The notes below the pieces were generated by a model. It did not search any database, was not told where the DNA came from, and saw nothing but the letters and a program-made list of their open reading frames with translations. Position numbers and translations under genes: made by a program. Below, piece after piece: positions 10,901 to 19,951 of a stretch of DNA of 64,000 nucleotides. Positions within the stretch are counted from its first letter, which is position 1, and the number at the start of each line of letters is the position of its first letter. Source of the stretch: an uncultured Candidatus Saccharibacteria bacterium. GTDB lineage: Bacteria; Patescibacteriota; Minisyncoccia; UBA6257; 2-01-FULL-56-20. The stretch covers positions 18,113 through 82,112 of the forward strand of contig CAYHXC010000003.1 of NCBI GenBank assembly GCA_964360585.1. The letters run 5' to 3'.

Positions 10901-11242
10901 AGTAATGCCCACACTTGCTTGATAGCGGGCGAGAGATTGCTGGGTGAGAGGACCGAAATAGCCAGTAGAAACCTGCCCCGTGGGCCAGGCGGCCGCTGGC
11001 TTAGATTGCAAAAAGTCCTGGAGCTTCTGGACATCGTCCCCTCTGGCTCCCAAAGTTAAATCTCTCGTAAAAACAGCTGCAACCTGATATTTCTCTTCCG
11101 CAAACTGCCGCAGTATTTGTTGGCCTCTGTTTTGTAGTATCTGATCAATCTGTGCCTGCGTTAGGGCGTTCGTTTGAGCGAGTGTAATTATCGGGAAAAC
11201 AGCAACGCAAAACAAAAAGGCTATTATTTTTCGCTTTCCCAT
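8000..11242 (-). CDS. large secreted protein: peptidoglycan-binding domain, Ig-like domain, NHL beta-propeller repeats
   Basis: Signal peptide; LTLGARGDDVQKLQ..L / GYFGPLTQ..L.RYQ PG-binding motif; repeated D..GN.YV.D..NNRVL and LV.GQ.DF motifs. Confidence 0.8.
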   Translation of the reverse strand: MGKRKIIAFLFCVAVFPIITLAQTNALTQAQIDQILQNRGQQILRQFAEEKYQVAAVFTRDLTLGARGDDVQKLQDFLQSKPAAAWPTGQVSTGYFGPLTQQSLARYQASVGITPAAGYFGPITRQRVNEALSPQTPGSGKATGVPTVPSIASVSSSPAPAIASTSSSIQPIQKLRLVTPLGSVGWQRNRSYEVRWTGGGGGNSARVNILLNDRAIRGTYPLIWNTPNDGSEFVTIPNSVVAGVYSLEIYCTQICIGPSPLDPAQNSVTISDSSNPAPLPIPNVPTQSQGKISTLGMLQDSARDCPSGETNFYGQCVKTLKVFGQRSYKETAWWQPTNGSTYHTPGVAVDRSSNPNKVYVLDSGNSRILGYSGTLTGANLVFGQPDFGSSACNGDNNLGFYKSPTASSLCLLQFPIGANVAEQWQHMNLDVDKEGNLYVVDVMNNRVLKYNEPYSVSKTNGKGDTVADFVWGQANFTGNKVNQGRTTPDAESLWTSAGAPGHVSTRGVSVDDEGNVWVADTFNNRVLRFLPGQKEADLVLGRKNGSFSSRGLEGCFRRAELTEMCNPTLARINPATGELYVLDEFHEHAFEVRILVFTPPFSNGMAARKVIYPTVPGYWFTASTLAFNRMLDGKCVEGTMWINEHSRPGGGRTLLIRNDGSVVASLADELTWPSGSLGFDGQDRVYIADEWGARDKGVHRYQLRGNTAGCFADFDQAFSVANIPSLSALSEAVGMTVSGDQLIVKDRERIMVWPNYLSAPSGASGKSVYNPGARLSFAVDEKNRLWTTYLHTGHLMLYQLYPNLAPQLVRQELSLYWKDNPTVEVEYSMRETGPEFDPTTNTLWINDRDHNRILRVSNYDEYSKKLLVDLVIGQPNKTSVQCNHNQQYDWTAKGAPSADSLCDVGRIEFDRLGNLYAIENNYECHGNNRITVFMGEDIQRASTLFPNISARKVFVSNSLTQPANCSEVPYKINSPISVAFDSQNQMVVTTDGTGWANDGTRATTQLFLYRNPLAKKSDGTYVMGQNPDAVIRLPMGAPGEVAFDRNDNLIVQDHTWSRVWVINLNEKDDAGNFIWLVPAS

Positions 11243-11254
11243 ATTTGTAAGGTG

Positions 11255-12172
11255 TTAATCCCTTACAATTCTATCATAGATATTCAAAACGGCTTTGACG
11301 GCATCTCCAGCCGAGATATTGTTTTGTTTATAGAGAACATCGGAGACATCTCCCACCGCCCAGATGCGTGAATGAGAAGTCTGTTGGGTTTTTGGATCAG
11401 CGATCACTTCGTTAATTGGATTTAACGTCACCAGATTTTTTACAAATTCGGAGTTCGGCAAAGCGCCAATTTCAATAAACACACCTTGCACATCCAATTT
11501 TTTCTCCTCGCCGGTTTTTAAATCCTTATAAGTCATGCCTTCGACACTGTCTTTGCCAAAAATCGTTTGCGTTTCGGCAGTCAAAATAATTGTTACTTTC
11601 GGATTGCTTTTGACTTTCTCTTGTGTGACAGCATCGCCACGGAGCATCTCGTCGCGCTCTAAAAGATAAATTTTCGGCGCATAGGGCAGAAGATCAATCA
11701 CTGCTTCGAGACCAGCATTCCCACCACCAACAACCGCCACCGTTTTGTCTTTAAAAAGCGGCGCGTCGCAAATTGAGCAGTAGGCCACGCCGCGACCATC
11801 CAACTCTGCTTCGCCAGGAACATTTATTTTTCGTCGACGACTGCCGGAAGCAAGTAAAACGTATTTCGTCTCCAGTTTTTTCTCGCCGTTTGTTTCCACG
11901 ACGAGATGATCGGAAGCATCGGTGATCGCTGTCGCTAGTTCGCCTTCAATAATTTCGATTCCCTCTTGCGCCCGCACATGTTCCTCAAGCGCTTTGGCCA
12001 AATCAAACCCGGAGATGGATTTCGTGCCAATCCAGTTTTGTACATCAGCCGAAACCAACGACTGACCGCCAAAACTTTCGGTCACGAGCGCTACTTTTAT
12101 TTTTTTCCTGGCCGCATACACGCCAGCCGCGACGCCGGCCGGACCGCCACCGATAATGACAAGGTCGTACAT
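11255..12172 (-). CDS. trxB: thioredoxin-disulfide reductase (TrxB/AhpF-C-like)
   Basis: GGGPAG FAD motif, YCSICD, VVGGGNAG, AVGD. Confidence 0.88.
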   Translation of the reverse strand: MYDLVIIGGGPAGVAAGVYAARKKIKVALVTESFGGQSLVSADVQNWIGTKSISGFDLAKALEEHVRAQEGIEIIEGELATAITDASDHLVVETNGEKKLETKYVLLASGSRRRKINVPGEAELDGRGVAYCSICDAPLFKDKTVAVVGGGNAGLEAVIDLLPYAPKIYLLERDEMLRGDAVTQEKVKSNPKVTIILTAETQTIFGKDSVEGMTYKDLKTGEEKKLDVQGVFIEIGALPNSEFVKNLVTLNPINEVIADPKTQQTSHSRIWAVGDVSDVLYKQNNISAGDAVKAVLNIYDRIVRD

Positions 12173-12284
12173 AAATAAAAATAGGGGTTAGGGTTAAGGG
12201 TATAGGGGTTAGTGATTAGCACAACGAGACTAATTCTAGGGCATTTTCTATACCCTATCCACTACACCCTATCCCCTGTTTTTT

Positions 12285-12527
12285 CTACGGAGCCAGGTTC
12301 AAAGCCTTGGCCACCGCCATCCGGTTGAAGCCAACGATGATTTTGCCATTGATATCAATCACGGGCACGCCAAATTGCCGGGACTTGTTCACCATCTCTT
12401 CCCGCGCTTTGTCGTCCTCGGCCACGTTGTGCTCGGTAAAGGCTACGCCATTCTTGGCGAAGTATTCCTTGGCCATTTTGCAGTAGACGCAGGTTGGAGT
12501 GCTGTAAAGGATAACTGGATTTGCCAT
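12285..12527 (-). CDS. glutaredoxin / NrdH-like redoxin
   Basis: YSTPTCVYC, GVPVI, IVGFN. Confidence 0.9.
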   Translation of the reverse strand: MANPVILYSTPTCVYCKMAKEYFAKNGVAFTEHNVAEDDKAREEMVNKSRQFGVPVIDINGKIIVGFNRMAVAKALNLAP

Positions 12528-12656
12528 AAATTTCTTTAAAACTTGATATGAGCACCTTCATTCTAAGGGGAGGGTGGACGACTGTCAAAGAATTGGTTCA
12601 AGCCCTCGCTCTTTTTTGATTTTGATTCATAAACCATAGTAAAATAAGGCTCTAGC

Positions 12657-13274
12657 ATGGATTTTTCTTCTTTCGCGGAAGTGGTCGGCTGGGTCATGAC
12701 TCATAGTTATCCCCTGATCTTTCTCGTCATGGTTATCGAGGGGCCAATTGTCACGGCCGCCGCCTCCTTCGCCGCCGCTCTCGGACATCTGAACTACTAC
12801 GCGATCTTTATCCTGTCATTTCTCGGGGACCTCATGGGGGATCTTATCTACTACTCTATCGGTTATTGGGGCAGGCAGGGATTTATCGAAAAGCATGGGA
12901 AGCGTCTGGGATTGACGAAAGAAAGAATCGAACGGGTCACTACTCTTATTAAAACCCATCCGATTAAAACACTCATCACTTCAAAATATATTCCTTTGGT
13001 TTCCGCCTCCGGCCTCATCGGCGCTGGCTTAGCCCATATTCCACTCCGACGGTTTCTCCTCTTGGATATTTTAATCACCCTTCCCAGTACTATTTTTTTT
13101 ACGACCATTGGATTTTATTTCGGCGTTATCTTTGACTCCATTTTCAAATCAATCCGCAATGCGCAATACGCCGCCGCGGCCGTCATCGTCTTAGCCATAC
13201 TTTTTTTTCTGTTATACCGAAAAGTCCAAGAGTATCTTTCTCGACAACTTGAGAAAAACGGCAACGGAGTATGA
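12657..13274 (+). CDS. DedA family membrane protein
   Basis: IEGP, GDL.GD..YY.IGYWG, KYIP pattern. Confidence 0.85.
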   Translation: MDFSSFAEVVGWVMTHSYPLIFLVMVIEGPIVTAAASFAAALGHLNYYAIFILSFLGDLMGDLIYYSIGYWGRQGFIEKHGKRLGLTKERIERVTTLIKTHPIKTLITSKYIPLVSASGLIGAGLAHIPLRRFLLLDILITLPSTIFFTTIGFYFGVIFDSIFKSIRNAQYAAAAVIVLAILFFLLYRKVQEYLSRQLEKNGNGV

Positions 13275-14479
13275 GAATCGCTATCTGTTCGGACAATTTT
13301 TATCCAGAAACAAGCGGCATCTCTGATTCGATTATTACGACGGCAAAAGCGCTCACCCAACTGGGACACGAAATCGCTTTTTTTGTGCCGGCTTACGGAG
13401 AAAAAGATTACAAAAAAATTGGCATCACGAAAACAGATGAGCCTGATTTCGGACCGCACATCTCCATTCATCGCTTCAGCTCTACTTCTTTTCCGACCGG
13501 CACTGGCCAAGGACGCATGGTGTTTCCGACTCCTTCCGGTCTCGCCGCGTTCCGAAAGTTCAATCCTGATGTGATCCACTCACAATTATTTTTTGGCGTG
13601 GGATTAAAAGCGTACTACGCTAGCCGACTCTTCCGAAAACCATTCGTCGGCACAAATCACACCGTGATTAAAGAGTTCGTCCGCTACAGTCCGATTCGTT
13701 TGCCTGGCCTCGCCGCGTTCGCCGATTGGTATATGAACTGGTATTACAATCGCGCAATTTTTGTGACCGCGCCGGCGCGATTTCTTTTAGAGGAAATGAT
13801 CCAATCACACATGATTCGCCCGAACGAAGTTGTGCCGAACTCGGTCGATATGCAGATTTTCGATCTGCCCCAGGAAAACAAAGAAAAACTGAAAGCCGAG
13901 TTTGGTCTCTCGCCGCACACTATTACCGTCGCCGGACGTCTCTCGAAGGAAAAAAGTTTGGATGTACTTTTTCGTATTTTCCAAATTGTTCAACAAGCTG
14001 TTCCCGACGCATCACTGGCCTTAGCCGGCAGTGGCAACGCCCATGATGAACTAGTAAACCTCGCAAAGGAACTTGGGATTAGCGATGGTGTTCACTTTGT
14101 TGGTACGCTTAGTCAGTCGAAGTTGGCGAGGCTTTACGGAGCAAGCGATATCTATGCCACCGCCAGCACTTCAGAGGTGCAAAGCATGACGATGATCCAG
14201 GCCATGGGCTGTGGCCTCCCCCTGATTGGAGTAAAATCCCATGGCGTTGGTGAGCAGATCAATGGCGAGAATGGCTACGCTTTTCCGCCCGGCGATATCT
14301 CTGGTTTTGCTCAAAAAATCATCTTCTTACTGCAAAATGAGCGCGAACGATCTGAACTGGGACAAAAAGCGGCCGCTTTTGCGAAAGCTCACTATACTCC
14401 GGCGGTGATCGCTCTGCGGTTCGAGAAGATTTACGAGGACGCCATAACTGCGTATCATAAGAAGGAAGCTAAGTCCTAA
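13271..14479 (+). CDS. GT4 glycosyltransferase (glycolipid synthase-like)
   Basis: MRIAI.SD.FYP..SG, GRLSKEK, EVQSM...QAM.CGLP. Confidence 0.88.
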   Translation: MRIAICSDNFYPETSGISDSIITTAKALTQLGHEIAFFVPAYGEKDYKKIGITKTDEPDFGPHISIHRFSSTSFPTGTGQGRMVFPTPSGLAAFRKFNPDVIHSQLFFGVGLKAYYASRLFRKPFVGTNHTVIKEFVRYSPIRLPGLAAFADWYMNWYYNRAIFVTAPARFLLEEMIQSHMIRPNEVVPNSVDMQIFDLPQENKEKLKAEFGLSPHTITVAGRLSKEKSLDVLFRIFQIVQQAVPDASLALAGSGNAHDELVNLAKELGISDGVHFVGTLSQSKLARLYGASDIYATASTSEVQSMTMIQAMGCGLPLIGVKSHGVGEQINGENGYAFPPGDISGFAQKIIFLLQNERERSELGQKAAAFAKAHYTPAVIALRFEKIYEDAITAYHKKEAKS

Positions 14480-14491
14480 CCGCCCTACGGG

Positions 14492-14631
14492 ATGAATCCC
14501 CACACCTAATCGGGAAATATTATTAAAGAAATAGAAATCATGATGCTAACCACGTCAAAAATAAAAAGGTTGTCTATAGGGTCGAGAGCTGGTCGCATGG
14601 TTGCGACCGTTCCCGATTAGGTGTGGGGATG
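14492..14631 (+). promoter_or_regulatory. start-codon-sequestering hairpin element, copy 1 (uORF MNPHT*)
   Basis: Perfect 21-bp IR 14496-14516 / 14610-14630; the right arm ends in the ATG at 14629. Confidence 0.6.
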
Positions 14632-15381
14632 AAACTAAGTTTTTCTATTCCCGCCTACAACGAAGAAAAAAATATCTGGCGCTGTCTTGATTCTATTTTC
14701 CAGGAACTTAAAGGGAAAAAGTATCAGGTGGAAATCATTGTGGTTGATAATAACTCCACCGACCGGACTGCCGAGATCGCCAAATCATACGCTGGCGTGC
14801 GCGTTGTTCCGGAAACCAAAAAAGGATTGCTCTACGCCCGCGAACGAGGATACGAAACCGCAACTGGCGATCTGATCGCGAATGTTGATGCCGATACTAT
14901 TCTTACCCCTGGCTGGATTGATACGGTTTTCCAAGAGTTTGAAGAAAATCCAAATCTCGTTGCCTTAAGCGGCCCCTATGTTTACTACGATCTTCCGCCC
15001 TTGGTGCAGATGGTCACAAAATTTTTCTATAGTTTTGGATATATAGTTCACCGCTTCAATCTTCTTTTTGGCGGCAATGGCACCATGCTTCAGGGTGGCA
15101 ACTTTGTCTTACGAAAAACAGCGCTCGATGCTATCGGCGGATTTAATACCGACATTGCTTTCTACGGCGAAGACACCGATATCGCCGTGCGCATGAGTAC
15201 AGTTGGCAAAATAAAATTCACCTACCGCTTGCCGATGAAAACATCTGGCCGGCGCTTGGCTGAAGAAGGGGTAGTGACGACCGGTTTTCGGTATGCTATA
15301 AACCATTTCTGGATGCTCCTCTTTAAGAAACCGTTTACCGTGAAATACGGGGACGTGCGGGCTCCGGAAAAAACCACGTAA
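14629..15381 (+). CDS. GT2 glycosyltransferase
   Basis: IPAYNEE, VVDNNSTD, DAD, GGNF, YGED, TSGRR. Confidence 0.9.
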   Translation: MKLSFSIPAYNEEKNIWRCLDSIFQELKGKKYQVEIIVVDNNSTDRTAEIAKSYAGVRVVPETKKGLLYARERGYETATGDLIANVDADTILTPGWIDTVFQEFEENPNLVALSGPYVYYDLPPLVQMVTKFFYSFGYIVHRFNLLFGGNGTMLQGGNFVLRKTALDAIGGFNTDIAFYGEDTDIAVRMSTVGKIKFTYRLPMKTSGRRLAEEGVVTTGFRYAINHFWMLLFKKPFTVKYGDVRAPEKTT

Positions 15382-15486
15382 ATGATCCCCCCACCTTCAT
15401 CTTAAAATACTCATGTTACTGTTTAAAAAAGTCGTTTATTATAAATTCAAATCCACCTCTTGTGGCGGGTTTAAGGTGGGGGCATG
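15382..15486 (+). promoter_or_regulatory. start-codon hairpin element, degenerate copy 2 (uORF MIPPPSS*)
   Basis: CCCCCACCTT...AAGGTGGGGG-c-ATG (15484). Confidence 0.45.
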
Positions 15487-16818
15487 AAATCCCCTCTCTC
15501 GCAAAAGACACTCCTCCTTTTCCTAGGAGATATTGTCGTCCTCTACGCGGCGCTCCTCCTCGCGCTTATTATCCGTTATGGCAGCGGCTGGCAGGACGTC
15601 CTCGATCTCCATCTTGTCCCGTTCACCATTGTCTTTCTGCTCTGGCTGATCGTTTTCTACGTCGCCGGCCTCTACGATCTCCGCCGCCTGAAAAATAATA
15701 TAACCTTCCTTTCACTTCTCAGTGTGTCCCTGGCCTTCAATGTGCTTATTACCATTGCTCTTTTCTACTTCATCTCCGCCTTCGGCATCGCTCCTCGCGC
15801 TACCCTTTCCATTCTTGTTATCGTTTTCGTCATTCTTGAACTTTTGTGGCGACGATTTTTTAATGCCCGCTTAGGCCATGCGGCCAATTTATTTAACGTG
15901 CTCATGGTTGGCGATGACCCGACAATCCAGGAGCTCACTGCAACTTTACGAAAAGATCCCCAGATCGGCTACAAGGTAGCTTTCCATATTCAAGGAACTC
16001 ACGATCTGAAAGCCGTAGAGCAATTGGAGATTCTTCTCCGGGCTAAAGGAATTGACGTGGTTGTGGTACCGCACGGGGCAAAACAAAACGTTGAGTTGCA
16101 AAAGATTTTTTATGATCTTTTAGCTTCCGGCATCGCCGTCTATGACGTCCCCGCTTTTTACGAAGAAGTTTTCCGCAAGATTCCTTTAAAGAATGTTGAG
16201 GAGTCCTGGTTCCTCGAACACATCTCCGCCCGCCGCAATGTCTATGATGATCTGAAGCGTGTCGGAGAAATGGTTATCGCATTCGCGATCGGACTTATTC
16301 TCCTCCCCTTAATCGCCCTGGTCGCTCTTCTCGTCCGGTTCACCTCTCGAGGTCCAGCTATATTTTCTCAGGAGCGGGTGGGACTTCAAAACAAAAATTT
16401 CACCCTCTATAAGTTTCGCACCATGGTTGTGAACGCCGAGCGGAATGGTGTCCAGTGGGCAAGCAAGAATGATCCGCGCGTTACCCTTCTTGGCCGCTTC
16501 CTCCGCTACACCCATCTTGATGAACTGCCTCAACTCTGGAATATCCTACGCGGCGATTTGTCGTTCGTGGGTCCGCGACCAGAACGCCCTGAGTTTGTGG
16601 CCATGCTGGAAAAGGAAATCCCCTACTATGACATCCGCCATCTTATTACTCCTGGCGTGACCGGCTGGGCCCAGATCAACTATCGTTATGGCGCTTCCGT
16701 AGAGGATTCATTTGAAAAACTACAGTACGACATCTACTATCTCAAAAACCGTTCGCTCATTCTCGACATTGCCGTCATCTTGAAGACATTACGAACCCTC
16801 TTCGTTAATGCCTCCTAG
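15484..16818 (+). CDS. polyprenyl-phosphate priming sugar transferase (WcaJ/WbaP family)
   Basis: N-terminal TMs; KFRTM, DPRVT..GRFLR..HLDELPQ, SFVGPRPE, PG.TGWAQ. Confidence 0.92.
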   Translation: MKSPLSQKTLLLFLGDIVVLYAALLLALIIRYGSGWQDVLDLHLVPFTIVFLLWLIVFYVAGLYDLRRLKNNITFLSLLSVSLAFNVLITIALFYFISAFGIAPRATLSILVIVFVILELLWRRFFNARLGHAANLFNVLMVGDDPTIQELTATLRKDPQIGYKVAFHIQGTHDLKAVEQLEILLRAKGIDVVVVPHGAKQNVELQKIFYDLLASGIAVYDVPAFYEEVFRKIPLKNVEESWFLEHISARRNVYDDLKRVGEMVIAFAIGLILLPLIALVALLVRFTSRGPAIFSQERVGLQNKNFTLYKFRTMVVNAERNGVQWASKNDPRVTLLGRFLRYTHLDELPQLWNILRGDLSFVGPRPERPEFVAMLEKEIPYYDIRHLITPGVTGWAQINYRYGASVEDSFEKLQYDIYYLKNRSLILDIAVILKTLRTLFVNAS

Positions 16819-16894
16819 GAGATCTCCTTATTCGAATTGTAAGGTAGAAATATTACCTTGCGACTCTATTTAGGAAATAGGGTAAAAAAAGGCT

Positions 16895-17029
16895 ATGAAT
16901 CCCCACACCTAATGGGAAAAATAGATATAATAGTTGTATAATGACACACATGGTTCTGATTATAAAAGAGGCGGATAGTAACGGGAAGTTCTGCCGCTAC
17001 GCGGCGATTTCCCATTAGGTGGGGGGATG
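16895..17029 (+). promoter_or_regulatory. start-codon-sequestering hairpin element, copy 3 (uORF MNPHT*)
   Basis: IR 16899-16919 / 17008-17028 with one mismatch, ending in the ATG at 17027. Confidence 0.6.
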
Positions 17030-17947
17030 AAAATTCTTATAACCGGAGGGGCTGGATTCATCGCTTCTCATATCACCGACGCTTACGTCCAAGCTGGTCA
17101 CAAAGTGGTCGTGATCGATAACCTGAATACTGGTTTCCGGAGAAATGTAAATAAAAAAGCAAAATTTTATAAAGTAGATATCCGTGATCTTGACGCAATC
17201 CAAAAGATTTTCAAAAAGGAACGCCCGGAGATTGTGAATCATCACGCCGCCATCGCTGAGGTAGTGAAATCAGTTCGTAATCCGATTCCAACGTATGAAG
17301 TGAACGTGATTGGAATCGCCAATATCCTTCTTTCTTTTGGACAGTACGGCAAAGGGAAGAACAAAAAATTTATTTTCTCCTCAACAGGCGGCGCCCTCTA
17401 TGGCGAACCGAAAAAAATCCCTGCCGCTGAAACTACTCTGGTTGCTCCCCTCTCTCCGTATGGTCTCTCAAAACAACTCGGGGAAGACTTGATCCATTTT
17501 TATGCTCGGATGTACAAGTTTGATTACTATATCTTCCGCTATGCCAATGTGTATGGTCCTCGCCAAAACCCAAAAGGTGAAGCGGGTGTAGTCGCCATCT
17601 TCGGCGGTATTATGAAACGAGGCGAAGTACCGACTATCTTCGGTGATGGTACGAAGGCACGAGATTATGTGTATGTCGGCGATATCGTGAAAGCGAATCT
17701 CGCAGCGTTAAGGAAAGGAAAAAACGTTGCGACAAATATAGGTTGGGGCAAACTGATTACCGATCAGATGATTTTCGACACCATTGCTAAAACCCTGAAC
17801 TACAAACAAAAAGTAAAATACGCTCCCTATCGTTCAGGTGAAGTTTATCGCATTTCTCTAGACGCCGGAAAGGCGCGAAGCATTCTTGGCTGGAAACCAA
17901 CCGTTACTTTAGAAGAGGGTGTCCGCCGGACACTAGCCACTCTCTAG
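17027..17947 (+). CDS. NAD-dependent epimerase (UDP-glucose 4-epimerase-like)
   Basis: TGGAGFIA, SSTGGALYG, YGLSK, NVYGPRQ. Confidence 0.9.
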   Translation: MKILITGGAGFIASHITDAYVQAGHKVVVIDNLNTGFRRNVNKKAKFYKVDIRDLDAIQKIFKKERPEIVNHHAAIAEVVKSVRNPIPTYEVNVIGIANILLSFGQYGKGKNKKFIFSSTGGALYGEPKKIPAAETTLVAPLSPYGLSKQLGEDLIHFYARMYKFDYYIFRYANVYGPRQNPKGEAGVVAIFGGIMKRGEVPTIFGDGTKARDYVYVGDIVKANLAALRKGKNVATNIGWGKLITDQMIFDTIAKTLNYKQKVKYAPYRSGEVYRISLDAGKARSILGWKPTVTLEEGVRRTLATL

Positions 17948-17950
17948 ACC

Positions 17951-18430
17951 TCAGGTCTGCGATTTCGTTTTCCCGTTGACTCGGCTGACGTACTTCGAGA
18001 GAAGCCATGAGCTGGATTGGACTTTGCCGTGAGGACCGATACTAAAAACCATCTGCGCTCCAATCCGATCGCACAGTGGCACCTCAGGAATATTTTTCTT
18101 AGTCCGATCGCCCCCATTTGCGAAAATATCCGGCCGCAATTCCTCCAAGGCTTGGCAAACGCTCATGTCTTTCGGCTTTGCTGGATGTTTGGTGAGGACA
18201 ACCTTGTCTACTACCCGCAAAGCTTCGATGATCGCCTTGCGTTCAGCTTGATGCATGAAAATGTGATGTTTCTTCGCCCGAAGCCAGTTATCATTATTCA
18301 GAATTACCACTAGCGTATCGCCTAATTTTTTTGCCTCCTCGAAGAGTTCAATGTGTCCAATGTGGATTGGATCAAACCCACCGCTCACGGCAACAGTTAT
18401 TTTTTTCTTCACTGCTTTTCCGGTAGACAT
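17951..18430 (-). CDS. cytidylyltransferase-like (HIGH) protein, TagD/RfaE-II-like
   Basis: SGGFDPIHIGH, FANGGDR, K.QSSS; start chosen at ATG 18430. Confidence 0.82.
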   Translation of the reverse strand: MSTGKAVKKKITVAVSGGFDPIHIGHIELFEEAKKLGDTLVVILNNDNWLRAKKHHIFMHQAERKAIIEALRVVDKVVLTKHPAKPKDMSVCQALEELRPDIFANGGDRTKKNIPEVPLCDRIGAQMVFSIGPHGKVQSSSWLLSKYVSRVNGKTKSQT

Positions 18431-18481
18431 GTTTTTTGGAGAATTAGCCACCTTATGCAATAATAACCCATTATATATCCA

Positions 18482-19951
18482 GTGATTACAAAAATAAAGG
18501 ATTTCCTCCTTATTAATAGGACCGAACGACAGACCGTAGCAAAAAATACATTCTGGCTAACGGTGAGTAATGTAGGCGGACGTTTAATTCGATCGATCAT
18601 TATTATCTATGCGGCTCGTGTTCTCGGTGCTTCCGAGTGGGGGGCTTTTTCGTATGCCATTAGCCTGGTCGCCTTAATTACTATTTTCACTGATCTGGGG
18701 ATCGGACCAACCCTTACTCGCGAAGCTTCAAAAAAAATTGAGGATGAGCGCTACCTCACTCGCCTTCTCTCAACATCTCTTTATATAAAAATTGCCCTCC
18801 TCCTTCTCGGCGTCCTGGCCATGATCTTTATTGCACCCTCCTTTACTTCTCTACCGAAGGTAGACGTCATCTTGCCTATCATTACTTTGGTTCTCATTTT
18901 CGATACCCTGCGTGAATTTGGCGTGGCCATCATCCGAGCCATGGAAAAAATGGAGATGGAAGCCGCCCTTTATATCTTCACCAATATCGCCATCCTGATT
19001 TGTGGCACATTATTTTTGATGTACCACCCAACGGTCCGCGGATTTTCCTTGGCCTATGCTATCGGTACCGGTGCCGGCATGGTCGCCACGATCTACATTC
19101 TTCGCAAACGCTTTGAAGGACTGTTTAACTCATTCGATTGGAAACTGACCAAAATTATTTTCATCTCCGCTCTCCCTTTCGCAATCTCGAGCGTGCTTGG
19201 TGGGCTTATGATTAACACGGACATTCTCATGCTCGGTTTTTTCCGTTCGGCAGAAGAAGTTGGTTACTACTCTGCTACGCAACGTTTAATCCAACTACTC
19301 TATCTCTTTCCCACCATTTTCGCCAGCAGTGTCTTCCCTCTTTTCTCTCGTTTCGCCAATCAAGACGAGAAAAAATTCCGCGATTTGATGGAACGAATTC
19401 TCTCGTTCAACTTTCTCTTGGCTATTCCCATTGTCACTGGCGGCATCATTCTCGCCGAACCAATTATTCAAACTATCTTTGGTACTGAGTATCTACCCGC
19501 CGTTCTGTCCCTCCAAATTCTTCTCGCTACACTGATCGTCACCTTCTCCGCCGCCATTTTGACGAACGCTGTTTTCGCCCATAATCGCCAGAATAGCTTG
19601 GTCATCTTCGCCACGTTCGGCGTAGTTTCGAACGCTGTACTCGACTTCTTTTTTATTCAGTGGTGGGGCATAAATGGTTCTGCTATTGCTACACTGATCG
19701 CTCAGATTCTCAGCAACATGTATTTGTGGCACACAATGAAACGCATTAATCCCTTCCATATTACCTCCCGACTCCCGCGGATACTGGTCGCTGGATTGAT
19801 CATGACACTCGTGACCGTCTTCTTTCACAGCCTCGGCCTAAACTTTATTTTGAATATTGTTATATCAGCCCTGGTTTACGGCGGTCTTCTCTTTGTTCTT
19901 CGCGAACCACTTTTTCGAGAACTGAAAATTACTTTACAACCGCTCGCTTGA
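18482..19951 (+). CDS. wzx: polysaccharide flippase
   Basis: KNTFWL, ARVLG..E.G.F, D.LMLG, VGYY; many TM segments. Confidence 0.88.
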   Translation: MITKIKDFLLINRTERQTVAKNTFWLTVSNVGGRLIRSIIIIYAARVLGASEWGAFSYAISLVALITIFTDLGIGPTLTREASKKIEDERYLTRLLSTSLYIKIALLLLGVLAMIFIAPSFTSLPKVDVILPIITLVLIFDTLREFGVAIIRAMEKMEMEAALYIFTNIAILICGTLFLMYHPTVRGFSLAYAIGTGAGMVATIYILRKRFEGLFNSFDWKLTKIIFISALPFAISSVLGGLMINTDILMLGFFRSAEEVGYYSATQRLIQLLYLFPTIFASSVFPLFSRFANQDEKKFRDLMERILSFNFLLAIPIVTGGIILAEPIIQTIFGTEYLPAVLSLQILLATLIVTFSAAILTNAVFAHNRQNSLVIFATFGVVSNAVLDFFFIQWWGINGSAIATLIAQILSNMYLWHTMKRINPFHITSRLPRILVAGLIMTLVTVFFHSLGLNFILNIVISALVYGGLLFVLREPLFRELKITLQPLA

